Source: Candidatus Melainabacteria bacterium GWF2_37_15 (GTDB lineage: Bacteria > Cyanobacteriota > Vampirovibrionia > Gastranaerophilales > UBA9971). Taken from it: 64,000 bases of DNA. The DNA is taken from NCBI GenBank assembly GCA_001784565.1, contig MFRL01000027.1, positions 660-64,659 of the forward strand, written 5' to 3'. The notes below the pieces were generated by a model that was not told where the DNA came from, made no database searches, and was given only the letters and a program-made list of their open reading frames with translations. Positions within the stretch are counted from its first letter, which is position 1, and each line of letters starts with the position of its first letter. Made by a program: the position numbers and the translations under genes. Shown in pieces: positions 47,077 through 55,885 of the stretch.

Positions 47077-47678
47077 AAGCTTATAACTAAACCTTTTCCA
47101 TCTTCAATTTTGTGCATAAATTCGTCTGTTGTCACTATTCCATCGTTATCGGCATCAGCGGCTTTTATCGCTTCCAGCATAGCTTTTTCGCGTTTTTGTG
47201 CCAGAGAATCGGTTCCGCTTAGAGCATTTAGCTCCCCGTCGATACCGCGAACGTGAAATTTATTATTATCACCTTTCTCATACTGCATTTTATTAAAGAA
47301 TTCAAAGGCAAAATCTTCATCCACATATTCTGTGCCTTCTGATTCACTAAAAAATTTATCTTCGTTATTATTTACAAGTTCTTCACCTAATTGAGCTTTA
47401 TTCGTAAAAAATTCACCCCAGTGGTCTGTTGTGTGTGTATGGTGATGATGGTGCTCAACAGGTTCACTGTCTACAACAGGTTCACTTACAGTCACAGGTT
47501 CGCTAACCTCTGCAGGTTTCTGTGCTACTGTTGGTGCATTAAACGCTGCAAATAAATTCATAAATGCGTTCAAGAATGAATTTGTATTATTTGTATAATT
47601 ATTTGTATATACCGGCGTAAAAAATGAGGTTCTAGGTCTATACATACTTTGCACTGCTAGTAAACTATAAATACTCAT
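47073..47678 (-). CDS. Hypothetical N/Y-rich protein with SEPV repeats, His run and a canonical EF-hand loop
   Basis: DADNDGIVTTDE fits the 12-residue EF-hand loop. The N-terminal architecture parallels the ORF at 54237. Confidence 0.55.
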   Translation of the reverse strand: MSIYSLLAVQSMYRPRTSFFTPVYTNNYTNNTNSFLNAFMNLFAAFNAPTVAQKPAEVSEPVTVSEPVVDSEPVEHHHHHTHTTDHWGEFFTNKAQLGEELVNNNEDKFFSESEGTEYVDEDFAFEFFNKMQYEKGDNNKFHVRGIDGELNALSGTDSLAQKREKAMLEAIKAADADNDGIVTTDEFMHKIEDGKGLVISF

Positions 47679-47791
47679 TTTAAACCTCCAGTTGAGCCAC
47701 TGTTTTTTTGATTCTCCACTTATATAAAAAATATATATATCGTAGTATTTCAGTATATATTAAAACTGTTACAAAATTTTACATGCATGTT

Positions 47792-48229
47792 TCATTTTCT
47801 TAAAATAAACGTGACAGGCCCGTCATTAATGAGGCCTACATCCATCATTGCGCCAAACTGGCCGGTTTTTACAGGGATACCCTGCTTTTTAACAAATTCT
47901 ATAAACTTTTCATAAAGCGGTATTGCAAGTTCCGGCCTCGCCGCATTATCAAATCCCGGCCTCTTGCCTTTCTTGCAATCCCCGGCAAGTGTGAATTGTG
48001 ACACAACAAGCATCTCACCATTAACATCAGCCAGTGAAAGGTTCATTTTACCTGCATCATCTTCAAATATGCGCAGATTCACGATTTTATCAGCGAGAAA
48101 TTTGGCTTGCTCCTCGGTATCTTCCTTTTCAACTCCCAATAATACAAGAATCCCCTTATCAATTCGGGAATAAAGCTCATTATCTATTGTTACAGAAGCC
48201 TGCTTAACTCTTTGTATTACTGCTATCAT
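47792..48229 (-). CDS. dtd: D-aminoacyl-tRNA deacylase
   Basis: [13 protein letters not shown] and NDGPVT motifs. Confidence 0.95.
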   Translation of the reverse strand: MIAVIQRVKQASVTIDNELYSRIDKGILVLLGVEKEDTEEQAKFLADKIVNLRIFEDDAGKMNLSLADVNGEMLVVSQFTLAGDCKKGKRPGFDNAARPELAIPLYEKFIEFVKKQGIPVKTGQFGAMMDVGLINDGPVTFILRK

Positions 48230-48981
48230 AGTCTTTGTGTCAATATAACCGGTTCATCGTCGGTAACAAGTACTGTATGTTCAAAATGTGCGGAATGCTT
48301 TTTGTCATTAGTAACTACAGTCCATTTATCGGACAATACGTGCACGTCACCCGTGCCTAAATTAAACATCGGCTCAATTGCTATAACCATACCCGGCCGC
48401 AATTCCGGCCCCGGCTGTCCCGGATGAAAATTATACACAAAAGGTTCTTCATGCATATTTCTTCCCACTCCATGCCCGCCGTACTGCTTTACTATGCCAT
48501 AGCCATAAGGTTTAGCGCAGTTTTCAATAGCAGCCGATACTGTTTCATATAGTTTATTTCCCGGGAGCATTTGCTTTATCCCGTCATATAATGCCTGCTC
48601 AGTGACTTCAAGCAGTTTTTTCAATTCGTCGCTTATTTCGCCGACCGGGAGGGTGATTGCAGAATCTCCCACCAGTCCTTTATAGACAGAGCCAACATCC
48701 ACGCTGATTATGTCACCTTCTTTTAAGATTACGTTTTTGCTTGGAATTCCATGAACAACCTGCTCGTTTATTGAGGCGCATATTGTGCCCGGAAAACCGT
48801 GATATCCTTTAAAAGCAGGTACAGCGTTATGGCTTAGTATTATTTGTTCAGCCTTTTCATCTAACTCTAAGGTGGAAACGCCCGGTTGAACCATTTCTTT
48901 CATTGTTTCCAACACCTCAGCAACAATGCTGCCGGCTGTTTTCATAAGGCTGATTTCGTATTTTGATTTACGGGTAATCAT
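48226..48981 (-). CDS. map: Type I methionine aminopeptidase
   Basis: VVHGIP, DVG, GHGVG and EPM motifs. Confidence 0.95.
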   Translation of the reverse strand: MITRKSKYEISLMKTAGSIVAEVLETMKEMVQPGVSTLELDEKAEQIILSHNAVPAFKGYHGFPGTICASINEQVVHGIPSKNVILKEGDIISVDVGSVYKGLVGDSAITLPVGEISDELKKLLEVTEQALYDGIKQMLPGNKLYETVSAAIENCAKPYGYGIVKQYGGHGVGRNMHEEPFVYNFHPGQPGPELRPGMVIAIEPMFNLGTGDVHVLSDKWTVVTNDKKHSAHFEHTVLVTDDEPVILTQRL

Positions 48982-49038
48982 ATAAATAATATACTTTAAA
49001 AGTTATTTTCTCGGAATACTGGGAATAATATAAATATA

Positions 49039-49323
49039 ATGATAGAAGGTATAAGCAGTTCACAACATATATATAGTCCGCAATACTCCGCTTCGTCGCG
49101 GCCTGCGGTCAATAGTCTGCTGAATTTCGACACTGAGGATCAGGCAATAATCAGTGCTCAGGCGAAAATCCTTAATGAGCTGGACAGGTTCAATGCCGGT
49201 GAGGGAAATGAAATTGAGCTTGCCCTGGCGACAATAACTGGTGAAATCCAAGTCAAAGCCGCCGTCCACGTCATTAAAACAAAGAATGAGATGATGGATT
49301 CTATTATGAAGATTATGGATTAA
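49039..49323 (+). CDS. Hypothetical small protein (weak FlgM/YjfB-like segments)
   Basis: 94 aa. AIISAQAKIL resembles the xLSxxAKxL segment of FlgM proteins. The C-terminal IQVKAAVHVIKTKNEMMDSIM resembles YjfB-type motility proteins. Both resemblances are weak. Confidence 0.4.
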   Translation: MIEGISSSQHIYSPQYSASSRPAVNSLLNFDTEDQAIISAQAKILNELDRFNAGEGNEIELALATITGEIQVKAAVHVIKTKNEMMDSIMKIMD

Positions 49324-49335
49324 GGAATAAACCGT

Positions 49336-49509
49336 TTAAAATTTATACTCAGTTGCCAATTCCCCGTTAGGCAGGGCATAAACAACTTTGCCATTAATTG
49401 AATATACATTTGGCAAGCCTTTGCACCAATTTTCCTGCTGAGCTTTTTTAACTGCCCTGTTGAATAATTTTGCTATTTCAAATACTTCCTCAAGTTCTTT
49501 CTTAATCAT
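49336..49509 (-). CDS. Unannotated 57-aa ORF coupled to the zeta-like ATPase (candidate partner/antitoxin)
   Basis: I translated it by hand: MIKKELEEVFEIAKLFNRAVKKAQQENWCKGLPNVYSINGKVVYALPNGELATEYKF. Its ATG overlaps the upstream stop within ATGATTAA. It is below the 60-aa cutoff of the ORF track. Confidence 0.4.
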   Translation of the reverse strand: MIKKELEEVFEIAKLFNRAVKKAQQENWCKGLPNVYSINGKVVYALPNGELATEYKF

Positions 49510-50074
49510 TTTTTATATCCTTTAAAAACAACTCAAAAGAGCTTTCATCAAGTAAATTATAATCTCCCTTTATTCCACTTGCAACCAGCTCAATTTTTTC
49601 TATACCATTATAGAATAACATCCATTTATCTACTATATCCCTATATTTATACCATAAATTACTTTTGCTTCTGTAAAATCGGCGTATTACATCCTCATCA
49701 GGTACAAAATGCCCGCCACGCTTAACTCGAACTTTTATTCGCTCTATACAGATATTAGGATTATCAACAAAACAATATATTAACGCTGTATTATATCCCT
49801 GTTGCCTGGCCTGTTTTATTGTTTTAACAAGAAAATTTCCCGAAAGCGTTGTTTCAATCGCAAAAGATATGCCCTGTAAAAGCAGTTCGTTTATCTTTTT
49901 AAGCACTAATTTTCCTGCCTGAATCCTAACAGCCTGTAAATCATCAGGATTAATTTCCCTTGCAACCTCATCTGCATTGATAAATTTAAGCCCAAATTCC
50001 GGTAATAACTCCTTTGCAAGAGTAGTTTTACCGCTTCCATTCGCTCCGGCAATTATAAACAGTTGTTTAGACAA
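49502..50074 (-). CDS. Zeta-toxin-like P-loop ATPase/kinase (COG4185 type)
   Basis: Walker A GANGSGKTT, NADE, ETTLSG, and the RVKRGGHFVP pattern typical of this family. Confidence 0.7.
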   Translation of the reverse strand: MSKQLFIIAGANGSGKTTLAKELLPEFGLKFINADEVAREINPDDLQAVRIQAGKLVLKKINELLLQGISFAIETTLSGNFLVKTIKQARQQGYNTALIYCFVDNPNICIERIKVRVKRGGHFVPDEDVIRRFYRSKSNLWYKYRDIVDKWMLFYNGIEKIELVASGIKGDYNLLDESSFELFLKDIKND

Positions 50075-50076
50075 GC

Positions 50077-50733
50077 TTACGCTTTAACCTTAACAATCTT
50101 CATAATATCGCCGAAGATATCGTCAATCGCTCTGTTTCCATCGATGTCTTTAACAAGTTTTTTCTTTCTGTAGTACTCGATTACCGGCTCGGTTTCAGCT
50201 TTGTAGGTTTGAATTCTTTTGGTAGCTGTTTCTATATTATCGTCAGCACGCTGAACTAAAATACCGCCGCATACAAAGCATATCCCGTCTTTTTCAGAAG
50301 GGTTAAATTTAAGGTTATACTTCTGTCCGCAGTTTTTGCAGGATCTTCTGTAAGCCATACGGTCAATGAGCACGTTTTCATCGAGGTCAATGTTTATTAC
50401 ATAGTCAATTTTTTCATCAATCTCAGCTAAAATCTTGTCCAGCTCCTCAGCCTGCTCTACACTTCTTGGGAAACCATCAAGTATAAAGCCGTTTTTAGCG
50501 TCAGGTTTCAATAACCTGTTTCTGATTATTTTTACTACCAGCTCCATAGGAACCAGTTGCCCTTCGCTCATGTATTTTTCAGCTATTTTGCCTTCTTCTG
50601 AGCCGGATGCTCTTTCTTCCCTGAGCATACTGCCGGTGTCTATGTGCGGCAGATACATTTCCCTGGCTAATTTTTCGGCCTGTGTGCCTTTACCGCTACC
50701 TGGTGCGCCTAAAAAAATCACTCTCGTCTTCAT
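50077..50733 (-). CDS. adk: Adenylate kinase (zinc-lid type)
   Basis: GAPGSGKGTQ, and a lid with CKNCG...CFVCGG. Confidence 0.95.
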   Translation of the reverse strand: MKTRVIFLGAPGSGKGTQAEKLAREMYLPHIDTGSMLREERASGSEEGKIAEKYMSEGQLVPMELVVKIIRNRLLKPDAKNGFILDGFPRSVEQAEELDKILAEIDEKIDYVINIDLDENVLIDRMAYRRSCKNCGQKYNLKFNPSEKDGICFVCGGILVQRADDNIETATKRIQTYKAETEPVIEYYRKKKLVKDIDGNRAIDDIFGDIMKIVKVKA

Positions 50734-52073
50734 TGTTTTAAAAATCCCTCATATTGCCTTGCTAATAAATGTGTCTTTATTTGATTTATGAAATCCAGCG
50801 CCACACCGACCATAATGATCAGCGCTGTGGCCCCAATCCCCTGTAATGGGGTTATTTTTGTTAAACTCGTTGCAAGTCCCGGTATAAGCGCAATAAGCCC
50901 AAGTCCCAATGCGCCTATAAATGTTGTCCTGGTAAGTATTTTGTCAAGGGCATCTGCTGTTGGCTTGCCAGGCTTAATTCCCGGGATGGAACTGCCGTAT
51001 TTTTTCAGGTTTTGCGCAATTTCTTTGGGCTGCATATTGGGCATTATAGAAGCATAAAAGAATGTTAATGCCACAATAAGCACGAAATACAGTAAGTAAT
51101 ACGTTAAACCGCCCGGGTCAAACACTGTATTGCTTAAAAACGTAATAATATCTTTGAATATTCCTGGTGGAATATTAGCTTGGCCTGCCACGCTCAGGAT
51201 GGTTGTCGGGAAAAGCAGGATAGCTACAGCAAAAATGATTGGCATAACGCCGCCCGGGTTGAGTTTAAAAGGTATGTGAGTGTTTACTCCGCCATAAACC
51301 TTGTTTCCTACCTGGCGCCTTGCATTTACAATAATTACTTTTCTCATTGCTTCCTGCATTATAACGATCATAACAATGGTAGCAAAGAAAATCACAAGTA
51401 ATAAAAGCAGCGCAAGCTGCATTCCAGCCTGACCCGCTACAAGAGCACCTGTCCTTTGGGCATAGAACGGTATACCTGCAATAATACCAACAAATATTAA
51501 AATGGAACCGCCGTTGCCTATGCCTCTTTCAGTAATAAGTTCCGCCAGCCACATAATAAATACAGCGCCGGCAGTAAGCGTTACAACAGCTCCGATAAAC
51601 GTTAAGGACATAAATCCGTCAGCCGCAAGGGCATTAATCCTTTTAAGGTAGGTCATCAATACAAATGACTGGAACAATGCCAGGCCAACAGTAAATCTTC
51701 TTGTATACTGCGACAGTTTTCTGCGGCCTTCTTCCCCTTCTTCTTTCTGGAGTTTTTCAAGTGCGGGGATAGCTGCTGCCAAAAGTTGCATAATAATTGA
51801 CGCTGTAATATAAGGCCCGATTCCCAGTGCAAATATTGAAACCCTGCCTAATGCACCGCCGGAAAACAAGTCCAGAAAGCCTATAATATTTCCACCAGCT
51901 CCGCTTTGCAGGATCTGCTGGAACATTTCGGAATTAATACCGGATAAAGCGATATGAGAGCCGAAGCGGAACAGTGCAATTGCCAGAAAAGTAAATATAA
52001 GTTTTTCCTTTAAGCCTGATACCTGCCACATCCCCATTAATTCATCAGGCGTAGGAACTTTCATTTTTGCCAT
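50730..52073 (-). CDS. secY: Preprotein translocase subunit SecY
   Basis: Full-length SecY pattern (FALGIGPYITASII, GGSILIF, and others). It has a 4-nt overlap with adk. Confidence 0.95.
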   Translation of the reverse strand: MAKMKVPTPDELMGMWQVSGLKEKLIFTFLAIALFRFGSHIALSGINSEMFQQILQSGAGGNIIGFLDLFSGGALGRVSIFALGIGPYITASIIMQLLAAAIPALEKLQKEEGEEGRRKLSQYTRRFTVGLALFQSFVLMTYLKRINALAADGFMSLTFIGAVVTLTAGAVFIMWLAELITERGIGNGGSILIFVGIIAGIPFYAQRTGALVAGQAGMQLALLLLLVIFFATIVMIVIMQEAMRKVIIVNARRQVGNKVYGGVNTHIPFKLNPGGVMPIIFAVAILLFPTTILSVAGQANIPPGIFKDIITFLSNTVFDPGGLTYYLLYFVLIVALTFFYASIMPNMQPKEIAQNLKKYGSSIPGIKPGKPTADALDKILTRTTFIGALGLGLIALIPGLATSLTKITPLQGIGATALIIMVGVALDFINQIKTHLLARQYEGFLKQ

Positions 52074-52119
52074 TTTAATCTCCTCAGAAATCCATTTATA
52101 TATAATTTTACCTGCTGAT

Positions 52120-52178
52120 TATTTCTTTACAATTGTAAAATTTTGTTAAGGTTAATAAAAAGAAGGCAATTATTTTTT
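52120..52178 (+). promoter_or_regulatory. Duplicated upstream block A with palindrome TTACAATTGTAA (52127-52138)
   Basis: It is roughly 80% identical by eye to block B. The palindrome lies 96 nt upstream of the ATG at 52223. Confidence 0.6.
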
Positions 52179-52222
52179 ATCACGGGTATTAAAAGAGTAT
52201 AAGTAATAGAGGAAGTGAGAAT

Positions 52223-52486
52223 ATGGTTACAAATGTAGGTTTTGGCGGTATAAGGTATCTTGGTAGGAAAGAAAATCCCAGGATGGTTGCTGAAGAATTA
52301 TCCAAAACGAATGATAGTGTTGGATATTTCGTTGAACTTGATAAAACAAAAAAAAATATATTTATGAAAGATGCGGTTGTCACTGATGACAGTGATGGAA
52401 ATGACCTTACGGCCGCATTAGAACGAGAAAAAAATGGTGAATTAGATGAAGTTGTGGTCATAACCAGACATAAACCTAAATCCTAA
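52223..52486 (+). CDS. Hypothetical small protein (N-terminus MVTNVGFGG), paralog-like of 11493-11906
   Basis: 87-aa ORF with a GAGGAAG RBS. It shares the xFxGxxxxG[KR] and DAVV.TD..G blocks with the other ORF. Confidence 0.45.
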   Translation: MVTNVGFGGIRYLGRKENPRMVAEELSKTNDSVGYFVELDKTKKNIFMKDAVVTDDSDGNDLTAALEREKNGELDEVVVITRHKPKS

Positions 52487-52511
52487 CCAGCTCGTAAACC
52501 CAGTTGTTGGC

Positions 52512-52568
52512 TATTTCATTACAATTGTAAATTTTTTTTGTTGTTTTAATAAAAAAACAGCAATTTTT
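52512..52568 (+). promoter_or_regulatory. Duplicated upstream block B with palindrome TTACAATTGTAA (52519-52530)
   Basis: Same 12-bp palindrome and flanks as block A. It lies 97 nt upstream of the ATG at 52616. Confidence 0.6.
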
Positions 52569-52615
52569 GATATTTGGTGGTGTTATAAAATTATAAGGAA
52601 TTTGGGAGATTAAAT

Positions 52616-52858
52616 ATGTCAGTAGAATTTACACCACAAACTATCAGCAACACAGTTCAGCCAAGCCAGCCTATACAGCAAAGCACTCAAGGCAGTGTTC
52701 CTATGCCGCAAATTCAGGATCAGGTCAGCTTTGGCGCAAGGATTAAAAAACCAGAAAAGATAGGCACTAAAATTTTAAATTTAATTAAAAAGTTACTTCC
52801 ACGCAGTGAAGATGTGGACAATATGCTGAAATCTCAGGTTCAAATGTTTAAACCTTAA
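52616..52858 (+). CDS. Hypothetical small Q/P-rich protein (VSFG at residues 37-40)
   Basis: 80-aa ORF with a GGGAG RBS. Confidence 0.4.
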   Translation: MSVEFTPQTISNTVQPSQPIQQSTQGSVPMPQIQDQVSFGARIKKPEKIGTKILNLIKKLLPRSEDVDNMLKSQVQMFKP

Positions 52859-54150
52859 ATCCCCATTCTCTCGTAAATCTTATTAATATTAACAAGATAT
52901 TCACCGGGATCAAAGCATCTTTCTATTTCTTCAGAAGATAATTTTTCCGTAATGCGAGGGTCTCTGTACAAATTCGCCTTGAAATCGCCTTCAAGGTTGT
53001 TCCATGCCTGATGCGCATTTTCCTGCACCAGTCGGTAAGCATCTTCTCTCAACATACCTTTATTGCACAAAGCCAGCATCACTTTCTGGGAATAAATCAC
53101 CCCGCCGTACAGGTGTGTGTTGCGTTTCATATTTTCTGGATAAACCTGTAAGTTATCAATCAAGGTTTTAAACCTGTTTAGCATGTAATCCATCAATATT
53201 GTGCTATCCGGGAAAATAACCCGTTCAACCGAACTGTGGCTTATATCCCGTTCATGCCAGAGAGGTATGTTTTCCAGTGCTGCAAAGGAATTCGACCTTG
53301 CCAGCCGCGCCAGCCCGGTTAAATTCTCGGCGCTGATTGGGTTTTTCTTATGCGGCATGGCAGAAGAGCCTTTTTGCCCCTTGGAAAAACCTTCCTCAAC
53401 TTCCAGTACTTCTGTCCTCTGTAGATGCCTCAACTCCACACAAAACTGTTCAATCGTTGTAGCTATGAGGGCAAGAGCTTGCATATAGTTTGCGTGGATG
53501 TCCCGCTGTATAACCTGCGTAGAAACCCTGGCAGGCTTTAAGCCAAGATCTTTGCATGCCATTTCTTCTATTTCTGGGGAAATATTACTGTAAGTCCCGA
53601 CCGGCCCGCTTATCATGCCCACACGTATTTCTTCAGCAGCAGTCCTGAACCTTTGCTGGTTCCTTTGCATAATATCCAGCCACAGGCACATTTTATGGCC
53701 GAACGTTGTGGGTTCAGCGTGGATGCCGTGGGAGCGGCCTATACATACAGTGTTTTTATGTTCAATCGCTTTTTGCCTGATAGAACCAATTACAGCTTCG
53801 ATATCTTTGTCTATAATTGTGTTTGTCTGTTTTAACTGGAGCGACAACGCTGTATCCAGTACATCCGAGCTGGTCATTCCCATGTGGATATAGCGGGAAG
53901 GTTCGCCCACATACTCAGCAACAGAGGTCAGAAAGGCAATAATGTCGTGCTTAACTTCTTCTTCTATTTCATCAATGCGTTTTATGTTGAAATTGGCTTT
54001 TTCTTCTATTGTTTTCAGGGCTTGATCAGGTATATTGCCAAGTTTGTTATGTGCGCGACAGACTGCCAGCTCAACTTCCAGCCAGCAGTGGTATTTATTC
54101 TCAAGTTCCCATATATTGGCCATTTCCGGCCGTGAATAACGTTCGATCAT
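52855..54150 (-). CDS. purB: Adenylosuccinate lyase
   Basis: MIERYSRPEM, the signature GSSAMPHKKNP, 431 aa. Confidence 0.95.
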   Translation of the reverse strand: MIERYSRPEMANIWELENKYHCWLEVELAVCRAHNKLGNIPDQALKTIEEKANFNIKRIDEIEEEVKHDIIAFLTSVAEYVGEPSRYIHMGMTSSDVLDTALSLQLKQTNTIIDKDIEAVIGSIRQKAIEHKNTVCIGRSHGIHAEPTTFGHKMCLWLDIMQRNQQRFRTAAEEIRVGMISGPVGTYSNISPEIEEMACKDLGLKPARVSTQVIQRDIHANYMQALALIATTIEQFCVELRHLQRTEVLEVEEGFSKGQKGSSAMPHKKNPISAENLTGLARLARSNSFAALENIPLWHERDISHSSVERVIFPDSTILMDYMLNRFKTLIDNLQVYPENMKRNTHLYGGVIYSQKVMLALCNKGMLREDAYRLVQENAHQAWNNLEGDFKANLYRDPRITEKLSSEEIERCFDPGEYLVNINKIYERMGI

Positions 54151-54183
54151 AACATTCTCCTCAGTAATTATTTATTATTATAT

Positions 54184-54216
54184 AAAAAAAGCCCGTGAAA
54201 TTATCACAGGCTTTTT
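54184..54216 (-). terminator. Intrinsic terminator downstream of the 502-aa EF-hand gene
   Basis: 8-bp stem GCCCGTGA/TCACAGGC with one mismatch, flanked by A7 and T5. This gives a T-run on the minus strand. Confidence 0.65.
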
Positions 54217-54236
54217 AAAAATTTATTTAAACTTAA

Positions 54237-55745
54237 TTAACCGATATACTGCAATAAAGCGTCAATCATAGTGCCTTTAGAGCCATCAGCTCTTTCAAAT
54301 CCGCCAACGAGTCCTACTGTATTACCGTGCTGGTCTTCTTTTAGCTTACCGGTTTGATCATATTCCTGGTTAAAGCTTGTTGATACTGATTTAATATTTG
54401 TTTCAAGCAATGATTTTAATTCATCATCATCAACCTGTCCGTTATGGTTTAAATCCTGCCAAGTCTGAAGCTTTTCAAACACTTCATCATTAATATCAAC
54501 TTTTCCGTCTTTATTTACATCATATTTTGCCAGTTCAAAGAACCCATTTTCAGCGCCGTTTTGTGCACCGAAGAGTTCCTTGCCTGAATCAATCTGTCCA
54601 TTACCGTCTTTATCAAGTACAAGGAATGCATCATCGCTTTCAGCTTTAGTCCAGGCTGTCTGGTCAATTTTACCATCACCGTTTAAATCAAAGTTTACAC
54701 CGTCTTTTTGTGATGTTAAATCTATTCCATTTCCGGCCAGGTCAAGGATTAACGGAGTTTCTTTTCTTGCAAGCGTTGTTATAACATTGTATTCAGTTCC
54801 GTCAAGCTGAATTTTACCGCCCACGCCTTCTTCATGTTCTGATATGCCTACGTTTTCAACGTGGGTGTTTATGTTTAAGCTGTCCGATGTAACATTAAAA
54901 TCTTTATTAAAAACAGCATCACCGGTTCTATTCAATGGATTTCTGCCACTGCCTCCATCCCAGTCAGAATCCGGGTCTATCTGGTAGTTAGCAGCTACAC
55001 CTAATATCTCGCCTGACTTAGAAATTATATAAGCCTGACCCTTATCGAATTTAAGATCTTTAGTTTCCTGATCAAGCTTAGAGTATAAGCTTAATAATGC
55101 CTCGTCATTGGCAGTAACACTGTTATGGCGGGTATAATTCCAGGCTTCACCGTTTCCGCTATCTGCTCCTGCAAAATCGAGGATTGATTTGCCAAGATTT
55201 ACCTGCTCATTATTATTCGCATATGACGATATAACAAACACATCTTCAGGTTCTTCGCTGCTTTCAACCGCAACTTCTTCACTGACAGGTGTTTGGGTGT
55301 TAATAAAGTAATTATTCCAGATATTGATTGCATTGGAGCTTCCAGTTGTGTTATTTGTAAAATTTGATTGCTGGCTTGTCATGGATTGGGAAATAATTTG
55401 AGTGGTTATAGGAGCCAGAGTTTGGAAATTTTGCCACGTTTGCGAAGTTTGAAAACTCTGCAAACTTTGACTCTGCAAGCTTTGAGCTTGAGGCGCTATT
55501 GTAGGTGTGACTATAGGTTCAGTTATAGGCTCAGTCTGAGGTTGAAATAAACTTTGTAAAGTTTCAGGGGAACGCTCTAACATTGCCATAAAAAGCATGG
55601 CAAAAATACTGTTAAAATATGAATTTTGATAGGAATTCTGGTAAGGACTTTGTCCATATTGTCCGAAATTTTGTCCGTAATTCCCAAAGGAATTGAAATT
55701 GCTTTGATAAGCGTTCTGGTTCACATAACCTGCAAATATACCCAT
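54237..55745 (-). CDS. Hypothetical N/Q/Y-rich protein with four EF-hand-like calcium-binding loops
   Basis: The loops are DLNGDGKIDQTA, DKDGNGQIDSGK, DVNKDGKVDIND and DLNHNGQVDDDE. GGAGGAG RBS. Confidence 0.6.
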   Translation of the reverse strand: MGIFAGYVNQNAYQSNFNSFGNYGQNFGQYGQSPYQNSYQNSYFNSIFAMLFMAMLERSPETLQSLFQPQTEPITEPIVTPTIAPQAQSLQSQSLQSFQTSQTWQNFQTLAPITTQIISQSMTSQQSNFTNNTTGSSNAINIWNNYFINTQTPVSEEVAVESSEEPEDVFVISSYANNNEQVNLGKSILDFAGADSGNGEAWNYTRHNSVTANDEALLSLYSKLDQETKDLKFDKGQAYIISKSGEILGVAANYQIDPDSDWDGGSGRNPLNRTGDAVFNKDFNVTSDSLNINTHVENVGISEHEEGVGGKIQLDGTEYNVITTLARKETPLILDLAGNGIDLTSQKDGVNFDLNGDGKIDQTAWTKAESDDAFLVLDKDGNGQIDSGKELFGAQNGAENGFFELAKYDVNKDGKVDINDEVFEKLQTWQDLNHNGQVDDDELKSLLETNIKSVSTSFNQEYDQTGKLKEDQHGNTVGLVGGFERADGSKGTMIDALLQYIG

Positions 55746-55885
55746 TATTGTCTCCTCCTCGGCGCACGTTAAAATTTTATTCTAAATACTCTCCATGAAT
55801 ATAAAAACAATCGTTAAACTGTATATATTATTAAATAAATTTTTTTTTACATTTGTTAATATTTTTTTGATACTCTTTTCATATT

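Noticed and set aside
47431-47451. The HHHHHTH run as an engineered His-tag or vector contamination.
   Set aside because: It is internal to a 201-aa ORF, uses mixed CAC/CAT codons, and is flanked by native-looking repeats. There is no vector sequence around it.
47737-47775. Possible sigma-28 promoter upstream of the 201-aa EF-hand gene (minus-strand CTACGATAT).
   Set aside because: The -10 lacks the CCGAT core (it reads ACGAT), and no TAAA falls at the required spacing.
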